Of a stretch of DNA of 64,000 bases, positions 12,914 to 28,056 are shown piece by piece (within the stretch, counting starts at the first letter, position 1; each line of letters begins with the position of its first letter). Position numbers and translations under genes: made by a program. This stretch comes from Dimorphilus gyrociliatus (Eukaryota > Animalia > Annelida). Location: assembly GCA_904063045.1 (NCBI GenBank), contig CAJFCJ010000012.1, forward strand, positions 1 through 64,000, in the 5' to 3' direction. Below the pieces are notes generated by a model, which ran no database searches, was not told where the DNA came from, and was given only the letters and a program-made list of their open reading frames with translations.

Positions 12914-14078
12914 TTAGTTGTTTGGAAAGGGTAAACGATTGTTTGAACTTTTTAAAATTGTTTCCCGAAGTTTCTAAAGAAATTATTAATAATCTTAGTT
13001 TTTGTTAAAATGAATGAATATAAATAGATATTTACACTTTTACTTAAATTGTCTTCCAGCCAGGCTAAAACAAGATTGGAAAAATTGGAAAAATTTCTCC
13101 AGTTGATCATTGATTGAAATGATATAAATAACTCGTCAGCTAGATGTTCAAACTTTGAAAATGAGAAAAGAGTAATAACATTAATTAATTAATTAAGTCT
13201 TAACAACTTACAAAAAAGAATTTTTGATCCTCGGACACCTTCTCTACAGCTTTGGAGGTAATAGTTTGATGATAATTCCTTTAATAAAATAGTTAAACGT
13301 ACAGAATGTAAACTAATGTGTGTGATATCTAAAAGGAAATTCAATAATTACTTTCGTAATTCTCTTAGGCTGGCTAATTCAATCTTTAATTTTTGTATTG
13401 CAGCGGCTTTTATTTCCTTTTGTTGTTCCAAATCTTTCACATAGCGTATAGCTGAAGGGATGTAATAAAAGCTATACAATTATAAAGATAAACTTTCATT
13501 TGTAAACTGCAAATTCGTTTTTCTATATGGATTTAATTACATAATTTCTTATCTAATTTTTTACTTACCATTTTGTAATATTGCTGCTTTACTGATAGGC
13601 TTTGAATCATTATTACTATTTACTGGTAAAATTGAACTCAGGTTTGTATAAGCTGTCTTTATCGAATCTCTTCTTCTCTGTTCCGCTTTCGTATGCGCTG
13701 TTTGTCTTCGTTTAACCGGTAATTGAGTAGATCTTGAATCTGACGATTGTTCATACGTATCCATAATTTCCTGATTGAAGTTGAAATTTGTTTCTACAGA
13801 ATAGACGGGTGGTGTCTAAAACAGAATTACTTGTATTTAATATCAGATTAATCCAATATGTTTTTGAATAGATTATGCTTAATCTTCAATAGATAAAATA
13901 TCGAAAGACAATTATCATTCTTTTTCACTATACTTACACATGTTAACTGTTGACTTTGATTTGAATAATATACTTCTTCATTTCTTATCGGTGTTACATG
14001 ATTGGATTTGGCCTGATTTGGCTCAATTATATAAGGTATATCATCCAACCAACTAGAATTTGATAACTGTATATCCAT
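12914..14078 (-). CDS. MLX: Max-like protein X (Mlx), bHLH-leucine zipper transcription factor, about 5-6 exons
   Basis: Basic/HLH RRQTAHTKAEQRRRDSIKTAYTNL..SKAAILQN; zipper exon AIRYVKDLEQQKEIKAAAIQKLKIELASLRELR; Mlx-type C-terminal DCD exons EDQKFF/FEHLADELFISF..LVLAWLEDNL/KLRETIL..stop at 12914-12916. Start codon at 14078 is tentative. Confidence 0.85.
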
Positions 14079-15370
14079 GTTTTTAAATTCAAATTCTATT
14101 ACAATTTAGATAGTAGTAAGATAATGACGACAAATACTGCTATTTTTTTTTTACAAGTATATCTGTCTTGGCATCTTGTGAGACCCTTTGATAACATCGC
14201 CTCATTCTTTGCTCTTTTATATCGGACGTTCTAATCGCGCGATGTTCCATGAATAAATTCATCAACATATTCTTGTTTAAACCATTATAGACTCGTGAAG
14301 AGAAATAATGACAAGTTGTGGTGTGAGATAATGTATGTAGGTCAATAAATCTCTAGACGCTCGAGACGCTAACAACCTAGGTCATACACGAGTCTGACCT
14401 ATAAATCGTTACACACTATATAAATATATAGATAGATAGATATATACTGTAAATACACCGTGTATATAAAAAATATTTTATATACGAAAAAGAAATGATA
14501 AGAACGGAAATAGTTAAATAGTAATAATAATGATTATTGATACAAAATACTGTACAATGATGTTCATATTTTAATAACATCAGTTTAATTAAAAAACAAC
14601 TTTTTTTAAATAACTTTTTTTTAAAGATACAATAAACCAACTGTCACCAAAAATAGATTAGAACATTGTTTTTCCTTTTGTTAGAACTTTAAACTTTTTA
14701 ACGAAAAAAAATTATTGATTTTTTTAATTAGTTTAAAATTATAAAGAATTTATATTAATAATTAATAAATTAAAATATTATTTATTTTGTCTATAATAAG
14801 TAATTAATTGATTAATTACATTTACTATTACAATATTACTTAATCATCACTATTTTAATTTATCGTACAAGACCTTTTTTTTTGCATTAAAAGCTTCACA
14901 TATGCAAACACTACTGCAATAGGATATATGCTTATCTATAATTTATTATCTTTTTATATTATGATTAATCTAATTGTAGAGAAATAAAATGGGAAGTTAT
15001 GATTATACTATTAAAACGTATATTGAATATTTTTAGAATGAAGAACTCAACTAAAAAACTAAAAATTAAAAAGAAATGTACATTTTGTTTTAAATTTTTA
15101 TCTGATCTTTTTTTTTTTCCATCATTTTGGTAAATTTTATTAAATTGTTCTCAGTTTTCAGTACAAAAGAACAAATGCTCTAACGTTTAATACTAAAACA
15201 CCTTATCATTTGTTCCCTCTCACAACAGATGTATTCAAACACAATGGTAGCCCGCTTAAAATTTCAAAAACGCCGTAAAAATATATATATATTCTGTATA
15301 TATAGATAGTCTCCTTCATTTCACTCTTGATATTCAGTGCTGTAGTTGCCTCGAATACGTCCATACAATA

Positions 15371-17534
<2,164 letters not shown>

Positions 17535-17953
17535 AATCAAAATAGACGAATTTTATTTAAACTCTTTACTTTGGGGTAAAAAATTTTAAGTTCATTTAAG
17601 TGGAAATGAAACAAACTGACAAATTTAATAATGTACACGCCTTGATTTATATACTATATATAATAGTATTTCTTGTACCGTGGCAAGTGGTGTATTGAGG
17701 ACATGTTACGTTAACAAAGTTATCAAGTATACGAGAAAAGCTTTCATTTTATATTCTTTCTTATGACAAAATCAAAAGTCATTCTGCCTGAAAAAGATTA
17801 AAATATAAAATGGAATGTAAATTGTCTAATTTATGAACAATGCTAAATCAGTACTAATATGAAATTGATATACTATATCTGTTATACACTCTAGTATAGG
17901 AAACATTAAAGAATAGTCTGTATTTTAATATAAATTATTTAACAACTGACTTA

Positions 17954-18025
17954 AGAGAGTGTGAGAGTGTGAGAGTGGATGTGTGTGTGTGTGTGTGTGA
18001 CAGAGAGAGAGAGAGAGAGAGCGAG
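17954..18025. repeat. Compound microsatellite (GT)n/(AG)n
   Basis: GT run ~17981-17998, AG run ~18002-18021. Confidence 0.95.
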
Positions 18026-19584
18026 AAAAAGATAGATACACGTTTAACTTAACACGCATTAAGTATATTTTTTTGTCTTTTTACTTAAAGCTAACTCAGT
18101 GTATTGTCGTCTGACAGCTTACCTTCGCTGTTAAGTGGCGTAGATCTCAATGCATTACTTTATTGAATTTTCTATTTTCTAAAAGAGAATTTCTGTTTTT
18201 TAATGTTTTATCGAAATATTAATATGTTTTATATACTTACATACTGGTAACTGCGAACTAGATTTGGGACTATGAGCTGCTATAATTATTTACTACCCTC
18301 TCTTTCTTATTCTACATAGGAAGACATTGATATTTAAAAAAAAAAACTACCAAAAATGTATATCATAATTTTACAATAGCATCTGTCAAAACGAAAAAGA
18401 GAGCAGCGTTATTTAGAGGAATTGTATCTCTTTGTTCATATTAAACTTATTATATCATTATGTATATAGTATACACATAAATATCTAATTTAACATAATC
18501 GATAATTGTGATAGTCAAGGAGAGAAATGATAGAAGGATAAGAAAAATTAAAAAATTAAAGAAACATTTTAGATCAGAGAACCATCATTTATAAAATTTT
18601 TCAAAAAGCTAAATTATTATTCAATTAACTATTTAAATTAAGTAAGCAATTGCAGTATTTTTAAAGGTAGTCTCGAAACTAGGCTGGTTGTTAACATTTG
18701 AACTAGTTACCTATACACATTTGATTTTTCGACTACACAGTTCACTTCCTGAAGTGAAGAAAAAATAATTCTAAAACATGTGATAAAGTTATTTATTAAT
18801 AGAATAGTAGATATTGTATATAAATATTTTATGTATACCCTATTTATAAGCTGTTTAAACATATTTGAAGGTACAATTAATAGCTCATTTTTCTCGTATT
18901 ACGAACACAAAAGTATTAATAGTCCTTAAAAATTTTATTCAATACTTTTAAAAGTTTAGAGAATATATATAAAGATTAGTAATATACTTTTTATAGAAAG
19001 TTTTTAATGAAGTATCTCGCTCGTTTCCTATGTAATTTATTTGGATAGGAGAACAAATGAAATAACATACAATATACAATATCTATTAATAGATATTAAT
19101 AATATCAATGTAATATACAGTATATATTTAAAATATGTATTTTTAGCTTTATTGGCACTTTCAATTAGAATTTGCATACTTTATACAGTTCATCTTGTCC
19201 ATTCATTGGCTATTTCAGAATACGCATCTGTCCATGAATGAAACATGTATAGATAGTCTTTTACAAAAAAAAAAATGTAAACATATAGAATCTTCATTGC
19301 TTAGGATTAATTAACTAATGACTAAATATGTTGGAATTAGTAATAAGCGGAATATCAGTCTTCTGATATTCAATGCATTCGAAATTTTTGTAAATAACTA
19401 TGTTTGTAATCAGAGACGTAATCAATTCGCACGCAAGTTTCCATGGAAACCCTCATGACGTAGTCACCATAGATTTGGGCCTATTTTGGAAAATACGCAG
19501 GTAAGCGAACCTCTAGTGATAAATACCGAGCTCATTGTTGAAAATGATATCGTCGATGCCTCTAAAGGATTGAGAACCGAAGAA

Positions 19585-20457
19585 ATGACATCTATTCTTC
19601 AAACTTCATACAATTTGGCAAATGATCAGAATCAAAGGAGAGCAATAAATGAAAAAAACAATAAGATAAGGAATTCTAAAGAAGATAACTCGAATCGGCA
19701 GAATTACAAATGGTTTAAAACTAGAATTCATAATCATTTTGATGGTCTCAAAACTAGGTCAACTACACTACCCGAAGTCAACACTCGAAGCAAAACTATA
19801 CAGAGGCAAAGTTCTGATGATGATTATGTGGAAGAACTCGCTCAGGATCGCTATTTATCTTGTAGAGCATTGAAGAGAAGAAGTGTGAGAGCGGATGGAA
19901 ATTGTCTATTCAGAGCATTATCGGTTCAAATCTACAGTGATGAGAATCATCATGATTTTCTAAGAAAGACTATTGTAGATTACATCAGTGAAAATCTAAA
20001 CAAATATCACTCTTTCATACTAATGGAAGTAGGCAAAAACCAGGACGACGATAAAGCCGATTTTATAGTCAAGCAAGAATTACGAAGGATGAAAACACCT
20101 GGAGAATGGACAGGCTATATAATCTTATACGCAGCAAGTGACCTTTTCCAAAGGTCGCTACATGTCACAATGGGAGGATCAGCAGCTTCGGAGAAAGTTG
20201 TAACGGATACGATTAAATCTGATATTATCAAAAGTAAATTAGAATTTCACGTTGTTTGGAGTAGAAAAGGTGGAGGTCATTACGATGCAGTTGTTCAAGA
20301 AGATGCAAAAGAAGCTCTCGATATTTATGAAGCAAGCGAAGTCTACGATCGAGATATTGGAACACCTGATATCGCAAAAGACACAAATAAATGCGCCCTC
20401 GTCGCCTTCAGATGGCTCACTGGTTTAAGATCAAATAAGAACCGAGTTTCGGGTTAA
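19585..20457 (+). CDS. OTUD1: OTU-family deubiquitinase, OTUD1-like, single exon
   Basis: Catalytic DGNCLFRA and GHYDAV; WTGY, LHVTMGG and W....GHYDAV match OTUD1 as I recall it (WAGY, IHLTTGG, WLSNGHYDAV). First ATG in the ORF is at 19585. Orthology is recalled, not computed. Confidence 0.8.
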   Translation: MTSILQTSYNLANDQNQRRAINEKNNKIRNSKEDNSNRQNYKWFKTRIHNHFDGLKTRSTTLPEVNTRSKTIQRQSSDDDYVEELAQDRYLSCRALKRRSVRADGNCLFRALSVQIYSDENHHDFLRKTIVDYISENLNKYHSFILMEVGKNQDDDKADFIVKQELRRMKTPGEWTGYIILYAASDLFQRSLHVTMGGSAASEKVVTDTIKSDIIKSKLEFHVVWSRKGGGHYDAVVQEDAKEALDIYEASEVYDRDIGTPDIAKDTNKCALVAFRWLTGLRSNKNRVSG

Positions 20458-21521
20458 AGGACATTGAAAACGTGCATTATTCAATGATAATTGAACATAA
20501 TACTTATTTATTCGTATTTCCCTTGAAACTATTATCAATCCTTCAAACTAGAAAAAAAGCAACAACCGCAGAGAAAAGGAAAACAAAGAAGAATACTTTC
20601 AGCATTTTATCTCTAAGAATTAATCAACCAATTTCATGGAAATGTTCGATTAATACTAATCGTTATACTTTTTGTTCACAAACAACCGGAAGCATTAATT
20701 ATTTGTTACAATATGTTGGAGAAAGAATATTCTTAATTTCTCTTATTGTTTTCACTCTTATCAAGAACAAAAGAAAACAATAGATTTCTAATTTCTCCTT
20801 CTTTTATCAGTTAACTAATTATGTTTATTTTCTATTCTTTTTCCTTTGTTATTTTATTACAGGATACTTTAAAGATTTCTCTCTCTTCATATCCACTTTA
20901 TCTTAATAGCAGTTTGATTTCTCTTATCTATTCTAAACAGTGCAATTTTACAACACCATTTCAATGTCTATTTTTAATATCTTCCCAGAGACAAAAAGAA
21001 AGAGAAGAAGAGAGAAAGAGAAAAATTTATTTCATTGTTTTTTTTTCCCTTTGAGTTGTATTTCGAAAAAATGTATTGTTAATGTTAATGAATAGAACAC
21101 CAATGAAATGCACTTGATTCCACTCATGAAACTTGTTTAACAGTATTAAGCATTTTGTCTCTACAGATGAAATATTTGTATATACGTAGTATAATAATAC
21201 AATTTATTAAAGGTAAATCATTATAACGTTGTAAAGCTCAGTGAAAATTCAATATCAATAATTATTCGCTACTTATAATTAATATAGAATTTTTGTTAAT
21301 AATTTCCTTTAAAGCTTTTAAAGTTATGCTTATTTCATAAAAATCGGAACTCTTTTTCAAGATTAAAGAGATACAGGTGTTGGTATGACATTCTAGAGAT
21401 GGCGTTACTAACCAAAAAATCAATATAACTATTTTACCTATTGCTCAACAATATTTTACTAATTGTTTATAATACATTTCATGTTGAATATATTAGTTCA
21501 GTTGAACTAAGCTACTACGAA

Positions 21522-22280
21522 ATGTGTGCTAGAAAAGAATACCGTTTTAAAATCTACACTTACGCAAATAAAACGGCTAGATTCTTCTTCTTAATGATGC
21601 TATTGTGTTCAATCATTACAGGTTTTTTTATAATATTACCGAAAAACAGTTATGAAGAAGCCAACCAAATGGTCAATATTTACAAGTATGTAGCAGCAAT
21701 TTACCTGCTTATTAATACAACAGTGAGCTATTTCTTGTGCATAATAAATAAATCTTATTGGTTAAATCGTGAAAATATTAAAAAAACTTCTGTTCAGACT
21801 CGTTTTTGTAACAAATGTAAAATTATAAAGACAGAGGAAGTACATCATTGTATTTTGTGTAAGATTTGCATTGAAAGGAGAGATCATCATTGTTTTTTTA
21901 TGAAAACTTGTATTGGAAAAAAAAATCACAAATTTTTTATTCTCTTTTGCTTTTATACGACTCTTTCAGGTGTTTTTTCCATTAACGAAATGATTATGTA
22001 TTTTAGGAGAGAAAACATTTCTTTTTTCTCCAAATCCTCTATTGTTATTATTGGCATTTGCACTACTGGTATAATAGCTACATTTATATCATTATGCTTT
22101 CTATTTTGGCAGATAATTGTCGTACTAAGTGGTAAAACATCTAAAAAATTACAAAAATTACCATATTTGGAAAGGCTTAATTGCATATTATATGGTTCCT
22201 ATTCTACAAACATTGAACGTATTTTTGAAAATACTTCAATATATGATATCATCTTCCCGATAAACTTTTATATTTTTTAA
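21522..22280 (+). CDS. DHHC-type palmitoyltransferase, ZDHHC22-like, single exon
   Basis: CNKC..HHCILCKIC..DHHCFF..CIG..N..FFILFCFY cysteine-rich domain with four hydrophobic segments; first ATG at 21522. Confidence 0.9.
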   Translation: MCARKEYRFKIYTYANKTARFFFLMMLLCSIITGFFIILPKNSYEEANQMVNIYKYVAAIYLLINTTVSYFLCIINKSYWLNRENIKKTSVQTRFCNKCKIIKTEEVHHCILCKICIERRDHHCFFMKTCIGKKNHKFFILFCFYTTLSGVFSINEMIMYFRRENISFFSKSSIVIIGICTTGIIATFISLCFLFWQIIVVLSGKTSKKLQKLPYLERLNCILYGSYSTNIERIFENTSIYDIIFPINFYIF

Positions 22281-22721
22281 TATTTAATAAATCTGAAATC
22301 ACTTAATTTTTTTAATTGATAAGAGAAAATACAATTATCAATCAATTTTAATCTAATTTTATATTTTAAATAAATACTGAGTTTGATAGGTTAAATAATA
22401 ATAATAATGAGTAAATGTAAAAGCCAGAAATGAAGATTGTTTTCTTTTGAGAGAAATACATAAATAGATAACTGAGAAAGTATTTGAGATAAGCAGGGAG
22501 ATTATATATATATATATATATATATACTGTACATACTTCTTTCTGGCTATTAATAACTCATTTTAAGTTGACGAATTTTTCTCAGAAATAGTCTTAAAAG
22601 TATGAAAAGTTACAAAATTGTCTGCACATATGTTGATTTGAAGGAAAGGAAGGAATAGGGTTTAACACTAAATATCATAATCACTTATTCATTGCTATCG
22701 TTATCATAAAAAATATGATAA

Positions 22722-24305
22722 TTATCTCAAATAAGTTTCCAATCCCATGTAGAAAACAGCTGAATTTGTTTCTTTCTTTAAACGACTGAGTGGTTCACTA
22801 TCCAACATAAAAATATCTAAGAAAATCGGGTCAAATTATTAACTATTGATTGTATTTATTCATAATAAATCTCTTACCGCAATCTAAAGGACCGGTTTGT
22901 ATTTCATAAACTGAAATTGTTCCGCTGAGACTTCCACTGACAAGAAGAAGTGGATTTCCATTGGAACTTAGCTCGGCGGGAATATATCTAATTTTCAAAG
23001 GGGAAAAAAAGTATAAAAATACTCAAGTTGATATGGAAAGAGATTAGAAACTTACTTCATGTCTTGTGTATTTGTATCTCCAACATCCCTGTTGTCAAAC
23101 AGTTGTTGCCAGGTTTTCCTAGTTCCTCCTGGCCTGAAAAGTCCTTCAAATTTTGGTACCAAAGCTTTTCCATTTTCAACTGAATAAACAATGACTGTAG
23201 ATACTCTTTGATTACCAACAAAAAAGTAAGTTTTGTTTCCGATTTGAGCCGTTTCTACAACTTCCACTTCGGGACCCATATCGTCAGATCTAACATCAAA
23301 ATCATCTTCAGGAGCATGAGTTCTATCACCTACATGATTATTGAAGACTTCTGGTAAAATTTTAGCATGATAATTTTCAAAATCCGATCCAGAATCATAA
23401 ATTTTTTCCATTTCATTTTCTGGATCCCAAATTGTAAACGAACGTCCTCCATAAGCATAAAGATTCTCATATAATCCAGTTTTTGGATTTTTTCCATCAA
23501 TTAAACTCAGATATAGACGCCCCAATTTTTTATCATCGCTCAAGGCTTCTCTCATATTCTCGGGTACACTCTCATCTAACATGTTACCGTCTACGAAAAC
23601 TTTACCTCTCGCCATTTCTGCCCAGGTAAGACCTTCGTGCTTAAGTTTATAGGATTTAAGATCGCCCTCGTTTGCTGTAACTAAATAAGGCTTTCCGTTA
23701 TGCTTAAAAAGGCGGATGCCATCCGGTTGATAAAGCCCTCTTATTGGCCACTTCTGGATATTAATTCGACCGTCTTTATCGCTAGCGTCAAAACCTGATT
23801 GGCTCCAATCTTTGTAACCTAATGGAATGATATCTAAAAATTCAGCATTTGATACATCCAATTTGGCTATCGCATTATTTTCTTGCAGCACAACGTAGGC
23901 TATAGACTCATCTTCAGAAAGGACTATATATTCAGGTTCGATGTCATGGGAGAAGGTTAACTGCTCACCCGATCGCTCTCCTTTATAGATCCACCTAACA
24001 CCTTTTGCTAAAAATTCGCTGGCCCTAATATAAAAAAGATAAGGGTTTAGAAAAATTAACATTCAATTTTAGAGATTAAATTCACGTAAAAGATTGAACA
24101 TGTAAAGTTATACATAGCAAAATATGTCATGTACTTGTTCATATTTATATACCAGTATATATATATGCATATCTAAATATACTATTATGATAATTATAAT
24201 AGCATATAGCCATACTGATATATCACAGCAGTAAAGTTACAAATATGAAAAGTAACATTAATAATTTAATATGCATATAGAGTTTCTATAAAGATAATAT
24301 AAATG

Positions 24306-24341
<36 letters not shown>

Positions 24342-25637
24342 TATGTTCATATGTTAGATATAAAATATTTTATATAAATGATAATTAATAATGATAATAT
24401 TATGAAATAAATATACGGTAATAAATAAAGATAAATCAGATAAAAAAGTTTTTTTAGTGCGGTCTGAACCTTTTTTAGCGGTCTAATTTTTGTTTGTATG
24501 TTTCTTTTTTTTGTTTGTTTGTTTGTTTTACTTGAATCTTACCAGATTTTTCTATTCCTTTCGTAAATCGATATTTTATAAGTATGCGAATTAGCTCCTC
24601 CATTTATCCAACTTTATCCTTTGACCGCCTTTTACAGTACGTATATCTCACTGTGAACACTGCGATTTAGAGCATCCTATTCTTACGCTTACCAGGTTGA
24701 TTGAGCGTTCATTAATTTTTTTGTCTTAGTAGTATAGTCTTAGAAATTTGCCTACCTGTCATTAAACTTATGGAAAGTAGCGGTTCGAACCGAATATTCC
24801 AAAAGACTTTCGTTTTTGAAATTGATTACGGTAACTGAACCCTCTGGGTCATGGAATTTTCCGTTCTCATCAAGACCAGCTTCACCTTCATTAGCAACGA
24901 GTAAAGTTTTGCAATCTTTTGTGAATACTATCGAACTTGCAGGGCAATTTCCAACTGTAAATAAAGTAATTGATGAGTGATTGAATAGGCGATAATGAGA
25001 AATGATTAAGTAACTGATAACAAAGAACGATTAAGCAAGTGATAATGATAAAGAAGGAGTTTATCTACTCCTGATCAAGGTTATCATACACCTTCTTTAT
25101 CTTATCGACTTGAATTTTCTTTTAATCTGATAATAATCAAGTTTGATTCATTCTTACATTACTGACTATGTGGTGTAGGTTACTTTCTAACCGACACTTT
25201 TTGATCATAAGGAGTTAAATTTACTTACTTGGGATTTCATGGATTTTTTCCATTGATTTGCTACTGTCTTGGTAAACTTTAAAGATGACCGCTTTGCCAG
25301 GTAAGACGCTAATGTCATTCCTGACACTCAAAGCAATATAATTGCCACAAATATCAAGGTCATTTGGCTCTCCGTCAACATGTTCACTGTGAATTAACTC
25401 AGCATCATTGACAGATGAAAGATCAACAACGTGTAAAAGACCAGCACCACCAATAGCATAGGCTTTCCTAGTACCATAGTGGTAGCCAATTTGTTCGGCA
25501 GCAGCCGAAAAGAGATCGAACTGCGGCGATCCACTTTGATCAAATTCGTATGGAAGATAAATTGTTTTTAAAGGCTTCAGGTTGAATTCACCCAAAGCGA
25601 AGCCAAAAATGAGGGAAAGAACAATGAGTTTTGCCAT
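22722..25637 (-). CDS. MSP130 (mesenchyme-specific cell surface glycoprotein) / choice-of-anchor-I family secreted protein, about 5 exons
   Basis: Signal peptide MAKLIVLSLIFGFALG; exon 2 VGNCPASSIVFTKDCKTLLVANEGE...DPEGSV; exon 3 IEPEY, VLQENNAIA, DASDKDG, GLYQPDG, LVTANEGD, YGGRSFTIW, DVRSDDMGPEVE; last exons LLLVSGSLSGTISVYEI and ...ETYLR*. Confidence 0.88.
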
Positions 25638-26142
25638 CTGTAAGAAAGAGAAGAGATTTCTATAAGGAACAGTCGTTTTTTTGTTTTTATGCTGTACATA
25701 TTTTATATAAATATATATGTTTTTCAATTTTGTTTATTGAAAAGACTAGCGAAAAAATGAAAGAGCTGAAAAACATTAAAATGTTGAAGAAAAGAACAAA
25801 ATGTTCTCGATCTTTGAAAAAATAAAATTCGATATGAACGCTTATGTAATTAACAATTCTTATTTTTTATTGGCATATTTCATTTCCATTTATATCTTTC
25901 ATTATACTTACGATTGAAACCAATCGAATCTGTTTTTCAAATCTTGAATAGAACAAAGAGTTTTAGCGACTTTAGCAACTTTGGAAATCATGCGATGAAC
26001 GCAAGAATGACTGAAAAAATTTACAAGGTCTTTGGAAATTCCTTGTTTTACTTGAAGTTTTGAAAAAAGAGAAAAATTTTTTTAGCTGCTTAAATTACAA
26101 CTGTTCAAGCTTGCGACAGAAACTAACTTGAGCCACAAGCTT

Positions 26143-26152
26143 CTTTTATATA
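26143..26152 (-). promoter_or_regulatory. Candidate TATA box of the MSP130-like gene
   Basis: Minus strand TATATAAAAG with a TTAGTT Inr-like element about 28-30 nt downstream; the ATG at 25637 directly follows an acceptor (ttacag), implying a 5'UTR intron. Confidence 0.4.
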
Positions 26153-28056
26153 GTAAATTGTTGATAAACAACCTTGACCCTACTGATATGAGGAATTGCG
26201 TGTTCAGTTCGAAAGGTTATTTTTTGCTAAATATTCCTATTTACGTGACGTTCACAGCTGATAAATAATGTATATCTTATAAAAGTAAAGCTAAAAAAAC
26301 CTGATACCAAGTTTAATCAGTCATACACGAGGACGATACACAAGATTTAACTAAGTATCTTAGCCTTTTAAAGATAATCTATGTCTCTGACCAAAAGAAA
26401 AAAATTACTTATTATGTTTAGTCATTTGTAGGTATTAAATGACAAACACAATAAAAAACATAACTTATTATAAAACATGCTAATTGTACACGAATCATTG
26501 GCTTTATAAGGTTTCTTATGAAAGATGTATTTGTATTTTCTAAAAATACGTCTACATGATTTTCTTTTTTTTGTTTTTAACAAGTTTTCGTATCCATATT
26601 AAGAGGGATAAGCCTGGTTTTAATCTACTATAGATATTTCATAGTTCACTATTTTTAGACACGTGTTTATTATTTTATGACAAATAGCTTAGAGTAAAGT
26701 TTGAAATAGTGTAAAAACAAGAAATACATTAACGATTGAAAGACTGCAAAGAAAAATAATAACTTTTCAGCTCTTTCTCTGTTTTACGTTCTGTTCTTTC
26801 TTATTTCAGTGATTTAAGCTATATAAGAGAAAGAAGGACGTATATACAATGGGGCATGATAATATTCTCTCATTATTACTCTTTTTAAAGTTGTTTTTGT
26901 CGTGTTTTATCGTAATTCTCATTTCTTAATAGCGCTATTTACTATCAATAATGAATAATATTTGTATTATATTTTTGTATTATAATTAATTTGGGTAATA
27001 AGAAATAAACAATGATTTATTCAAAACAGTATCATACTGATAAAGGAAGTATCGTACTTTGAGAAATAACAAAAACAGCTTTACTTGACAACGCTTTCTT
27101 GTTTTCATCTAATTGTAAAAAGAAAACTCAGAACCAAAGTACTTTGTACTTGTTATTTTTCTCTCTTTTCCTTTCCCACAACGTCTTTTTTTAAAAGTAA
27201 TTAACTCTCTTCGTATAAATAATATGCCTTTCGTCATTTACATAATACAACATGAAATCCAATCAAAAGCCTTTTTCAATCAATCCACTTAAAATTAAGT
27301 GAAAGTTGTACTCAATGGAAGAAAAAATGTCTAATTATAATAAAAATAGTAATAATAGTTTGGCTCTAAACTTAATAAATTAATGTTTTAGGTATAATTA
27401 GTAACTTTTGACAAATTAGAATTAAAACTCTCTTTTGATTTTAAAAAAGGCTTTCTCCTTGATTGAAAAGTTCAGTAAGATTTTAATGTTTCATTTATAT
27501 TTAAACAAGATAGTGACAAAAACAAAAATAAATAGATTAGTAGTTGAATCTTCGAGAAGATAACGAATAGGTTTTATACTTTATTGCTAAAAATAAACTG
27601 TCGTTGATGATCAGAGAAAAATAGTTAAAAAAATGATAAACAAAGAAAAGGACATTTATATGTCTAAATGTAATAAGTTGATATATTTTCCAATCGTGAT
27701 AAACCAAAATTTCGTGTCAATTTCATTTTTAATAAAGTAAAGCATCTCTAGTCCGTTTTATTTTCGATAGAATTGCAAAGTTTTCCTTTCAGATACTCTC
27801 GAAGAGACGCCTACATATCCAGATGATTGTTGCAGAATTTATCACGACAAACGTGAGTACATGACCGCATATAATGAAATATTTTAGCATTAACTAAAAC
27901 GGTAGTAATTTTCTTCAGCGCACTTAGTTGTTTTGTCGTTGACAGTGAAAGACTAATTCAAGAAAATTTCTCCAATATTTTATATTGAGCGCACTTTCTG
28001 ACAAATAGGAAAGTAGGCGAAAAGATTTAACTTTTTTCTTCTACGTCTTGAACCAA

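Noticed and set aside
19041-21054. Short ORFs 19041-19241, 20472-20783 and 20821-21054, and similar I/F/L/Y/K-rich ORFs elsewhere
   Set aside because: Their composition is that of AT-rich non-coding DNA, with no domain motifs and often non-ATG starts.
23052-24062. Bacterial contamination or chimeric contig at the bacterial-like ORF
   Set aside because: The ORF is an internal exon with canonical splice sites, joined to a signal-peptide exon, with AT content like its neighbours.
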